From: Macrostomum lignano
Taxonomy: Eukaryota
Assembly (NCBI GenBank): GCA_002269645.1
Contig: NIVC01004111.1
Location: 1 to 30,661, forward strand
Length of the DNA stretch: 30,661 bases
Reading direction: 5' to 3'
Shown one piece after another: positions 1 through 9,800 of the stretch; within the stretch, counting starts at the first letter, position 1, and each line of letters starts with the position of its first letter. The position numbers and the translations under genes are program-made. The notes beneath the pieces are model-generated. The model was not told where the DNA came from. It saw only the letters and a list, made by a program, of their open reading frames with translations, and ran no database searches.

Positions 1-877
1 TCGCCAGATTTGGCACCTGCCAATTTTGCAATTTTCCCCCAAATAAAGAAAATTCTTCGCGGCTGGGTTTTTCAAAACCGAAGTGAACTTGAAAGCCTCA
101 CTCGCCACGTCATTCCTCTACGAAATGCCTCTCTCTGCGTTTGCCGAGGCATCAACGCATGTGGTCCAGGTGGCAGAAGTGTGTGCATTTGGATGGCAAC
201 TATGTGGAGAAGCCACAGGCCGAGTTGGATGAGTAAATTTACAATTGCACTATTCTTACTGCTGACTAACTTGAGATTCGGTCAAAGTTACTGATTAAAA
301 TTATCCACGTTTCTTTTCTTCACTGTTTTACGAATATCACTGTTTTTATTCCAAAGGCTCTCGAGGATGTGTAACCCTAGTAAGGACCTTTAGACATGGA
401 AGAACAACCAAAGGGGATAATTGGGAATATTATTCAACTTAGTTAAAAAATAGAGTCCCTAATTATCCCCTCTCTTTCTCTTCTCTATCCCAAGTCCAAC
501 TTTTGTCACTTGCCGAACCCAGCTTTCTGGTGTCACTGTGAGCAGAATGACATCATTTGTGTACATGGTTACTTGGGCTCACTTTATGAGCTTAAGTTGA
601 CAAGCCCTTTTTATTTGTAATCCTTGGTTGCTGGAATCATTAATTTCTGAAAGCAATGTAGGTGGTAGACTAAAATTGACTATCAGGTGGTTGTGGTTGC
701 ATCAAACATCAACACGGTTTGCACTTTCGCTGACATTTTTTGTCACAGTGTAGCGCGTACCTAAAAGAATTACAGTGCACCCTTTTCAAGGTTGTGCGCG
801 CCATATGATTTTGATCTATGCACGAAAAAAAATAGAATGGTGCGAAAAATCTGTGCCCTACTCGCTGGGACCACTGG

Positions 878-1093
878 TTGGAGGGTTTTTAGGGATGTTG
901 GAGGGTTTTTAGGATGTTGGAGGGTTTTTAGGGATGTTGGAGGTTTTTAGGATGTTGGAGGGTTTTTAGGGATGTTGGAGGGTTTTTAGGGATGTTGGAG
1001 GGTTTTTAGGGATGTTGGAGGGTTTTTAGGGATGTTGGAGGGTTTTTAGGGATGTTGGAGGGTTTTAGGGATGTTGGAGGGTTTTTAGGGAAG
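878..1093. repeat. 20-bp minisatellite (ggagggtttttagggatgtt) ~10-11 copies
   Basis: Direct tandem units with 1-nt T/G-run variants. Confidence 0.95.
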
Positions 1094-1509
1094 TTGCAAA
1101 TTGAAGAGCATATCGGAATTTTACGACTGTACTACAAACACTTTTAAAAATCTTCAAGATTTCCATAAGCGAGGAAGCACCCTGGTTACACAGCTGTAGG
1201 TTGCAAAGTTACAAAAAAGTTATTTAACACAGCGCAGCCAATCTTTGCCGAAGTGCAGAACAATTAATAATACATTGCTCGCTTCGGTGACAAATGCTCT
1301 GCCAAATTATATTTTGAAGGCGCCTTCTGCTGTTTTGCTGGCGGGGCCCTCTTTTACCCGCGCGCACTGCCCGCTGTTTAAGTCTCAGCACATCTGGCTG
1401 CTTGGCGAGTGCGATGGGACAGTCTGGCTCTCTTGTAGTCTGGGAAGCTGCCGATTGTTCGAGGGTTGCTGGCTCGTCCGAGATGAGAGCTGGGGTAGAG
1501 TACCGTAGG

Positions 1510-2385
1510 AAGGATTGAGGGAGAGTAGAGAGGATTGAGGGAGAGTAGAGGTGATTGGGGGAGAGTAGAGGTGATTGGGGGAGAGTGGAGGTGATTGGGG
1601 GAGAGTAGAGAGGATTGGGGGAGAGTAGAGGTGATTGGGGAGAGTAGAGGTGATTGGGGGAGAGTGGAGGTGATTGGGGGAGAGTAGAGGTGATTGGGGG
1701 AGAGTAGAGAGGATTGGGGGAGAGTAGAGATTGGGGGAGAGTAAAGAGGATTGGGGGAGAGTAGAGATTGGGGGAGAGTAGAGAGGATTGGGGGAGAGTA
1801 GAAGGATTGGGGGAGAGTAGAGAGGATTGGGGGAGAGTAGAGAGGATTGGGGGAGAGTAGAGATTGGGGAGAGTAGAGATTGGGGGAGAGTAGAGAGGAT
1901 TGGGGGAGAGTAGAAGGATTGGGGGAGAGTAGAGAGGATTGGGGGAGAGTGGAGGTGATTGGGGGAGATTAGAGAGGATTGGGGAGAGTAGAGATTGGGG
2001 GAGAGTAGAGATTGGGGAGAGTAGAGATTGGGGGAGAGTAGAGAGGATTGGGGAGAGTAGAGATTGGGGGAGAGTAGAGAGGATTGGGGAGAGTAGAGAT
2101 TGGGGAGAGTAGAGAGGATTGGGGGAGAGTAGAGGTGATTGGGGGAGATAGGGAAGTTTGGGGAAGAGTAGAGATGATGGGGATAGATCAGAGATGGTGG
2201 GAAGAGATGGGAGATGGTGGGAAGATATGAAAAAACATGGGGAGAGATGAGATGATGAGAAAGTAGGAGATGATATGTAGAGACAGAAAAGACAGGGAGA
2301 GATGAGAGAAGATTAAGAGAGAGAGTGGAGACAATGGGAGAGAGTATAGAGAGTTGGGAAGAGAAGGGAGCATAGAGTGGAGAGC
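1510..2385. repeat. Purine-rich 17-20-bp minisatellite (gattgggggagagtaga[ga/gg]) decaying into a GA-rich low-complexity tract
   Basis: More than 30 units from 1510 to ~2150, then a degenerate AG-rich tract up to ~2385; lies in the intron before the DIC exon. Confidence 0.95.
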
Positions 2386-2461
2386 TCTATACAATAGGGC
2401 ATCAATCACCCAGCAGTGCCGTGCATGCAGTTCACTGCAACCCCCCCCTCGGCAACTCCAG

Positions 2462-2956
2462 GGCCCCGTGTCGGCCGTGGCCACCCATCGCGCCACCGGC
2501 CCAGTCGATCTCGGCCACATCGTCCTGTCGGCCTCGTTCGACTGGACTGTCCGCCTTTGGTCTCTCCGCGACCTCGGCACGGTTCACGTGTTCGAGGAGA
2601 CCTCCGACTACGTGATGGACCTGTGCTGGTCGCCGGTGAACCCGGCCCTGTTCTGCGCCGCTGACGCCCTCGGCCGGCTGGACTTCTGGCAGCTGAACTT
2701 GGACACCGAGCAGGCCGCCGCCAGGGCCCAGTGCGACGCGGCCGTCAACCGTTGCCGGTTCAGCGACTCCGGCCTGCTGCTCGGCGCCGGCGACCACCTC
2801 GGCCGGCTGACCGTGTTCGAGCTGGCGGACAGCCTGGCCTCGCCGCGCCAGGAGGAATGGAAGCTGCTTGGCCGGACCCTGCACGAGCTCAAGCAGGCCA
2901 CCGCTGAGCTCGCTGCCGCCGAGCAGGACCCGCCCGGCGTCGGCCCAATTCGCTGA
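2462..2956 (+). CDS. DYNC1I: Cytoplasmic dynein 1 intermediate chain, terminal coding exon (C-terminal WD40 repeats)
   Basis: Acceptor ctccag|GGC. GPVSAV...SASFDWTVRLWS...DYVMDLCWSPVNPALF...GRLDFWQLNLDTE...PRQEEW..LGRTL matches, as recalled, metazoan DIC motifs (SSFDWTVKLW, DYVYDVMWSPTHPALF, GRLDLWNLNNDTE, W..FGRTL). Confidence 0.9.
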   Translation, partial: GPVSAVATHRATGPVDLGHIVLSASFDWTVRLWSLRDLGTVHVFEETSDYVMDLCWSPVNPALFCAADALGRLDFWQLNLDTEQAAARAQCDAAVNRCRFSDSGLLLGAGDHLGRLTVFELADSLASPRQEEWKLLGRTLHELKQATAELAAAEQDPPGVGPIR

Positions 2957-3096
2957 GTCGGCCGCGCCTGGGGGACTCGAACTCGGGACCTTCTTTGACT
3001 TGGGGGTTGCTGGGTCTGCCGGTTTTTTGCTATTTTTCTTTGGTTACCCGGTATTGATATTCCTAAGCTTGCAGGGTGTTTTGTTGGGGTCTGTTT

Positions 3097-3586
3097 GGGT
3101 TACCGGTTGATTGGGTATTTACCTGGGTTACCGGTTGATTGGCTATTTACCTGGGTTACCGGTTGATTGGCTATTTACCTGGGTTACCAGTTGATTGGGT
3201 ATTTACCTGGGTTACCGGTTGATTGGGTATTTACATGGGTTACCGGTTGATCGGGTATTTACCTAGGTTACCGGTTGAATGGCTATTTACCTGGGTTACC
3301 GGTTAATTGGCTATTTACCTGGGTTACCGGTTGATTGGCTTTACCTGGGTTACCGGTTGATTGGCTATTTACCTAGGTTACCGGTTGATTGGGTATTTAC
3401 CTGGGTTACCGGTTGATTGGCTATTTACCTGGGTTACCGGTTGATTGGCTATTTACCTAGGTTACCGGTTGATTGGCTATTTACCTAGGTTACCGGTTGA
3501 TTGGGTATTTACCTGGGTTACCGGTTAATTGGGTATTTACCTGGGTTACCGGTTGATTGGGTATTTACCTGGGTTACCGGTTAATA
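3097..3586. repeat. 28-bp minisatellite (ttgggtatttacctgggttaccggttga) ~17 copies
   Basis: Tandem units with ggg/ggc and tgg/tag variants; probably within the DIC 3' UTR. Confidence 0.95.
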
Positions 3587-3755
3587 ACATGTCGTTTACA
3601 GTGCAAGCCAGGGCCCTGCATATCCATACACATATACTGAACTATAATAAGTGTCATCTGTCTCCCACAGTTTCCTCACATCCCATCATCCCATTGAGTA
3701 TCGCGCGCTTCTCTACGCTTCGGTGTCGGCAAGTCTGTCTGATATTTTTGATTAA

Positions 3756-3766
3756 AATAAAATAAA
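3756..3766 (+). terminator. Tandem AATAAA polyadenylation signals, candidate for the dynein IC transcript
   Basis: attaaAATAAAATAAAatg lies 800 nt after the stop codon and is followed by T-rich sequence. Confidence 0.45.
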
Positions 3767-4271
3767 ATGCTATTATTCCTACTTTAAGTAGCTTCAGAGC
3801 GCAGAAGTGCAAAGATTAAATAGGGCTCCGTAGTCTATGCTAATATTAATATGCATCTATTTTAAATTGCCTTTGCTTTTCAGCGCTTTTATTGATTCGT
3901 GTAAATTATATAATTAACAAATTAATATCATATTGTATTACTATTAGCATACTACTGCAATAGTGTCGCACATTCAGTTGCGCAAGTTTGCAGATTTCAG
4001 AAGCGGTTTTCTCAAATCTCAGATCTTGGTGGTCCTTCCCCGCTTTGGTGGTTTATTTGCACCTGTGTCCTTGCTGTCCAGGCTCTAAATATAACGCTTT
4101 ATATTTTATCACTGATGCACGCCAACATTATTCATGATATTTATGAGCATACAGTTGCTGCTACTGACACAAGACTGCCCGCAGAGCTGGTCTTTGTCAT
4201 GCCAGTTTTTTATTGCAAATATCGGCTTACTTGAACATGCAAACATGCTGCAAAAAACACTGCATTAAGTT

Positions 4272-4960
4272 CTGACCTCTCTGTCCTCTCCTCTGACCTC
4301 TCTTTGTCCTCTCCTCTCTGACCTCCCTTCTCTGACCTCTCTTTGTCCTCTCCTCTCTGACCTCTCTGTCCTCTCCTCTGACCTCCCCTCTCTGACCTCT
4401 CTTTGCCCTCTCCTCTCTGACCTCCCCTCTCTGACCTCTCTTTGTCTTCTCCTCTGACCTCCCTCTGACCTCTCTTTGTCTTCTCCTCTGACCTCCCTCT
4501 GACCTCTCTTTGCCCTCTCCTCTCTGACCTCCCCTCTCTGACCTCTCTTTGTCTTCTCTGACCTCCCTCTGACCTCTCTTTGTCCTCTCCTCTCTTACCT
4601 CCCCTCTCTGACCTCTCTTTGTCCTCTCCCCTCTGACCTCCCCTCTCTGAACTCTCTTTGTCCTCTCCTCTCTGACCTCCCTTCTCTGACCTCTGTCCTC
4701 TCCTCTGTGACCTCCCCTGTGACCTTCCCTTTCTGATCTCCCCTCTCTGACCTCTCTTCTCTGACCTATCCTCTCTGACCTCTTCTGACCTCTTCTGTCT
4801 GACCCCTCCCCTCTGACCTTTCCCCTCTGACCTCCCCTATTTGACCTTCTCTCTGACCTACCCCCCTCTGACCTCCCATTTCATCCCTTCTGACCTCCCC
4901 CCTGCCGTCCCATCTGTGACTTCACCCTTTTTGACCCCTCTCTCACCCACAATCTCAGAC
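4272..4960. repeat. Pyrimidine-rich compound minisatellite (ctctgacctc-based)
   Basis: Alternating ctctgacctctctttgtcctctc and ctctgacctccc units, degenerating towards 4960. Confidence 0.92.
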
Positions 4961-5457
4961 CCCTCTCTGATGGACACGGAAGTAGATTCAGACCGGGGTG
5001 GAAACCCCTGCTGACATTGCAGTGTCCCTAACAAGTCACGCGCCTTCCTTAATTTTCTCTTTTGACAAAGTAACGAAAGCTTAACACAGAAAAGCACCGT
5101 AAGAATGGGCGGAGCTTTGCAATGCAATGAATAGAGTTGCTATATTTAATCACAGCTTCTTCGCAAAAAAACTGTGTAATCTGAATCCATCTGGCTCTAT
5201 TTTAAGGATAATATTAGGAATAAATAGGGGCAATCCGCAAGATATTTATCGTATGCGCATCACAGCGGTTGGAACAGACACATTGCTATTTGCCTGCCAA
5301 TGTAATAGAATATATGAAAAATAGTTTCTTCAATCCCTTAGAATTACAATACTTTGTAAGCTTTGCTCCCGCCACCAGAAATCCGCACAGGTTAATAAGC
5401 AGTTTGTATTGTCTCTTTCATTATTGAAGTTTTTCATTGCTCGCTCGAAACTCGAAC

Positions 5458-5613
5458 TCACGGCTTGAGTCCGGCCGAGCACTTGCAGCCCTCGATGGCG
5501 TACAGAGTCAGCTGCATGCTGCCGCCGTCCGTGCAGGCCGCCGTGATGGCCGGCTTGGCCCGGTAGCCCGTCGGGTTGCAGCAGGAGCACTCGCCCATCA
5601 CCTTCACCGTGCC
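5458..5613 (-). CDS. Terminal exon: second half of CTCK domain and stop codon
   Basis: ctgcag|GGC; hand translation [54 protein letters not shown]. This matches the VWF/mucin CK pattern CxCCxP...C.dG...CxC. Confidence 0.88.
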   Translation of the reverse strand, partial: GTVKVMGECSCCNPTGYRAKPAITAACTDGGSMQLTLYAIEGCKCSAGLKP

Positions 5614-6660
5614 CTGCAGTGGTGCAGTGGGGCAGCTGTGCGATTCACTGGATTCCTGCTGGTGCCTCTCCGATCAGTGCCTGAGAATCTGCCTCCCCGA
5701 TCAGTGCCTGAGAATCTGCCTCCCCGATCAGTGCCTGAGAATCTGCCTCTCCCTCAGTGCCTGAGAATCTGCCTCTCCGCTCTCCCTCAGTGCCTGAGAA
5801 TCTGCCTCTCCGCTCTCCCTCAGTGCCTGAGAATCTGCCTCTCCGCTCTCCCTCAGTGCCTGAGAATCTGCCTCTCCCTCAGTGACTGAGAATCTGTCTC
5901 CCTCAGTGCCTGAGAATCTGCCTCTCCGCTCTCCCTCAGTGCCTGAGAATCTGCCTCTCCGCTCTCCCTCAGTGCCTGAGAATCTGCCTCTCCCTCAGTG
6001 ACTGAGAATCTGCCTCTCCTTCAGTGCTTGAGAATCTGCCTCTCCCTCAGCCTGAGAATCTGCCTCTCCTTCAGTGCCTGAGAATCTGCCTCTCTTAGGC
6101 ACTGCCCATTAGGCTACCCACATCAAGGCTCGGACTCACCTGCTCAGTGACGTGCACAGAGTTGCTACCCGGACAGGCGCCTACGCACCGGTCGATGCTG
6201 ACTGGGGTAGCGAACCGGCAGAAGCGGCCGTTTGGACGTTTGGCCTCCCTCAGCAACGTGCTGCCCCTGGCGCAGGCCCGCAGGCTGGCCCGGTAGCAGC
6301 AGCCGGACTTGTCCATCACCCGCTGCGCCTCGGATCCGGCGGTGCCGGCCTGCACCTCGTCGGACAGCGTGCAGGGCGGCACCTCGGAGAGTTCGAGCGG
6401 CTGTGTTGACAACTGGCCATGAAGGCAAAGCCGCTTGCTGCAGTTGGCCCGGTCCACGTCCACACGGCCGCTGGGCCAGGCGACGCCGTTCACCTGTTAG
6501 TCAGTTAGTTAGTTAGTTAGTCATCTAGTTAGCTATTTAGCTATTTAGCTAGGTTAGTTAGTTAGTTAGTTAGCTTGTTAGTTAGTTAGTTAGTTAGTCA
6601 GTCAGTCATCTAGTTAGCTATTTAGCTATTTAGCTAGGTTAGTTAGTTAGTTAGTTAGTC

Positions 6661-6702
<42 letters not shown>

Positions 6703-6837
6703 CTTGTTAGTTAGTTAGTTAGTCAGTTAAGCTAGTTAGTTAGTTAGTCAGTTAGTTAGTTAGCTAGTTAGCTAGTTAGTTAGTTAGTTAGCTTGTTAGT
6801 TAGTCAGTTAGTTAGTTAGCTAGTTAGCTAGTTAGTC

Positions 6838-6883
<46 letters not shown>

Positions 6884-9800
6884 CTAGTTAGCTAGTTAGC
6901 CCACAACCGCCGCCGCCCGCCGCTCACCTGGCAGGCGAAGCAGTCCTGGATGCTGACGCAGCTGCCGTTGGCGTTCCTGGCCATGCCCGGCTTGCACTGG
7001 CAACCCGGCTGGCAGTTGGACTGCGGCTGCGCGAGCTCCGGGTTCAGCAGCTGGGCGCAGGTGGTCTCGCATCGGCCGGTGTCCACGTACGCGTCATTGG
7101 GGTTGCAGCAGGCACCCTCGTCGCCGAAGCAGTCGGTGACGCGGCTGGTCGGCCCGACGCACTCGGCACCGCCGTTGGCAGCTGGGGTTGCGATGGATCT
7201 GAGGGGAGGTCGGGTCCAGAGTTCAGTGTCTAATAATGGCTCTCTGTCCAGGGTTCAGTGTCTAATAATGGCTCTCTGTCCAGGGTTCAGTGTCCACTGG
7301 CTGTTGGTCACAGGGTCTGAGGCGTATCCAGAGCCAGTCTCTACGAATTTACCTGGTCCAGGTCTGCTTGCCGGAGCCGCAGGTGACGTTGCAGCCGCCA
7401 ACTTTCTGCCAAGCCGACCAGACACAGTCCTGGGCGCAGCTCTTCTCCTCGCAGACGAACTGGCCGCTGACGCAGGTGCACTTGTTGCAGGCCTTGTTCA
7501 CCACCGAGCCCGGCGGCATCAGGCGGCTCGCGTTCTCCGGATGCTCGCAGCTGCACTCGGCCACCGCCACGCAGGTGTCGGCCTCCCTGACCTTGTCTCC
7601 AGCGCAGCCGCAGCCCTGCATGCAGCCGACGTCCTGGCACTGCTTGTTGGCGCGCACATCAGAGCAAGTTCGCCAGCACTTGGTGGCGCAGCTGATGAGA
7701 GTCTCTGGGCCGGAGCAGACGGTCTCGTTGCAGGGCATCAGCACGGGCTCGAACTCGTGGTCTCGACACGCCTGGCCTCCGTTGGCCGCCGGCCGCAGCA
7801 CTGGCCGGGTTCTCTCCCGCTCGCCAACGCCGCAGCTGGGATTGCAGCCGGTGCCGACGCAGTTCTTGACTCGCTCGCTCCAGGCGGACCACTGGCCTAC
7901 CAGACAGTCCACTTTGCACTGCTTGCTGCACGGAACAACTTCGTAAGTTGACGGACAGGCCTTGCCACCGTTGGCCGCCTGTCTGGTGATCTGGCGGAGC
8001 CGCAGCTGTTGGCCGGTGGCGGTGGGGTTGACGCCGTCACAGTTGGCATAGCAGGTGCCGTTAGTCCAGTCGGAGACTTGGCAGTCGACTGGTGGGGCGC
8101 AATCCTGCCGGTTGCAGGACTGCTGATCGGCGTCCATGCGGCCCCTGGCGTCCGGAGCGCAGCTGCGCGTGTCGTTGACGCACAGGCGGACGCAGGCGCG
8201 GCTCCGGCGCTTGGTGCCCGTGCCGCACGGCGCGCTGCAGGCTGAGAATTCCGACCAATCAGACCACTGCGGCGCCGGATTCGACGCGTCGTCTGGGCGT
8301 TTCGGCATGCACTCGGGCCTGCCGGTGAAGTAGCTGCAGTAGCAGATCTCGCAGGGGTTCTCGGAGGGCATGGTTTCGCCAGGCGGCACCCGGTTGCCGA
8401 AGCGGTCCAAGCAGCCTGGGCAGCGGCCCGTATTGCATGGCTCTGACTCAGAGGCGAGGCCAACGCAGGCTCGACCGGTGCCGCGACGGCTGGTAGCCTG
8501 GGCCCGGGTTCGAGTCCTTGAGCCGCCGTCGCAGGCCTTCGAGCAGGGCTCCCAGTCTGACCAGGGTCCCCAGGTGCAGTCGCAGTTTTTTGTTGGCACG
8601 CAGGTGGCAACGCCGTTGACGCAGCGGCCCTGCGAGCAGAGGCCGCAGCTCAGGGTGGTCAGGTCGCAGGTGCACTGGTCCGGCTTCACGCAGGCCCGGG
8701 CTTTCTCGTCGAACACGAAGCCTTGCTCGCAGAAGCAGCCAGTTGAGCAGGCCAGCTGGTCTGAACAGGTCTCGTTAGTGACATGACCACAGGTGTAAGG
8801 GCAGGACGTGGTGCTGCACTGTCGCATCACCTTGCCCTCGGAGCAGCTTGGCGAAGTAGTGGTCGAGCCGCACGGATGAACGTTGCACAGGGCTGTCTCG
8901 GTGGTTGCGTCCTCTAGCAGGCAGTCGCCCTGGGGCGTCCTCGTCCGGGTCTTTACTCCGCCGTTGCAGGTCTGAGAGCAGTCGGACCAGGCAGACCACT
9001 GACTCCACACGCACGGACATCTCTGAGTGTTGCACAGCTCAAATTCCTGAATAATTGAACAATTCAAAGAATTAGTTCAGAACACACGACTGTTTTATCT
9101 ACAATAAGCTAGCGGCTTCAACTATAGCACCGGTCTGTACTGAATAAGACGGATCTCACGTCGACTAAGGCTTCAGATAGAATGAAACTGTCTTCGAATA
9201 TGTCTTCAGAGATTAGCAGTTAATAACGGGAATGTCTAAACAGCCTGTAAAGTAGCCAGGGAGACTGGTGCGAAATCTCCCCTATATTTGGCTAGTCAGA
9301 CAAACTATCGATTGCTAACGGAGCTCGGCTCCATTCCGTTGTAGGAACGGATTTTGGACACAGCTTACCTGGAAGTCTTTAGGCTGACACGGCTCGCCGC
9401 CGAACCGAGCAGGAGAAGCGACGGTGCGATTTCTGTACCGAACACCGGTGCCGCAGGTCGATGAGCAGGAGCCCCACGGCTTCCACTGGCCCCACTGACA
9501 ATCGTTCGAGCAGTTCGTCTTACTGCACCGGAGAGCGCCATTGCTGCAGCTGCACTGGCCGCAGTCTATCCGAATAACCACACCAGACTCCAGCATGTCA
9601 CCTTCATTAATCTTTTCTAAAGGAGAGGACAAACCTGAGGTGCCGTCCAACTCAACCCAAACGTCTCTTGGATAAGACTCAGACAACTGCAACTCCTTGG
9701 AGACTTCGCTCATAGCCACCATGCACTCGCAGTCACCGCGAGCAAGACATGGAGGAGGAGTCGCTAAAAAACGGTTTTCAAATAATTAGAATTCGTATGT

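Noticed and set aside
10-294. 94-aa ORF with TTG start
   Set aside because: No recognisable domain and no clear splice context.
2188-2884. Minus-strand ORFs 2188..2580 and 2432..2884
   Set aside because: They are antisense to the DIC exon and run into low-complexity repeat.
3097-3586. CRISPR-like array (28-bp palindromic repeats)
   Set aside because: Repeats are head to tail with no unique spacers, there are no cas genes, and the context is eukaryotic. The same applies to 5665-6094.
4990-5010. GGGG-tggaaa-CCCC hairpin as a possible Helitron or terminator end
   Set aside because: The stem is too short and there is no CTRR end, TIR or TSD.
5437-8786. GC-rich + strand and off-frame ORFs (e.g. 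6950..7951, 7290..7946, 7897..8610)
   Set aside because: They overlap the Cys-rich minus-strand exons, have no recognisable motifs, and are expected from high GC content.
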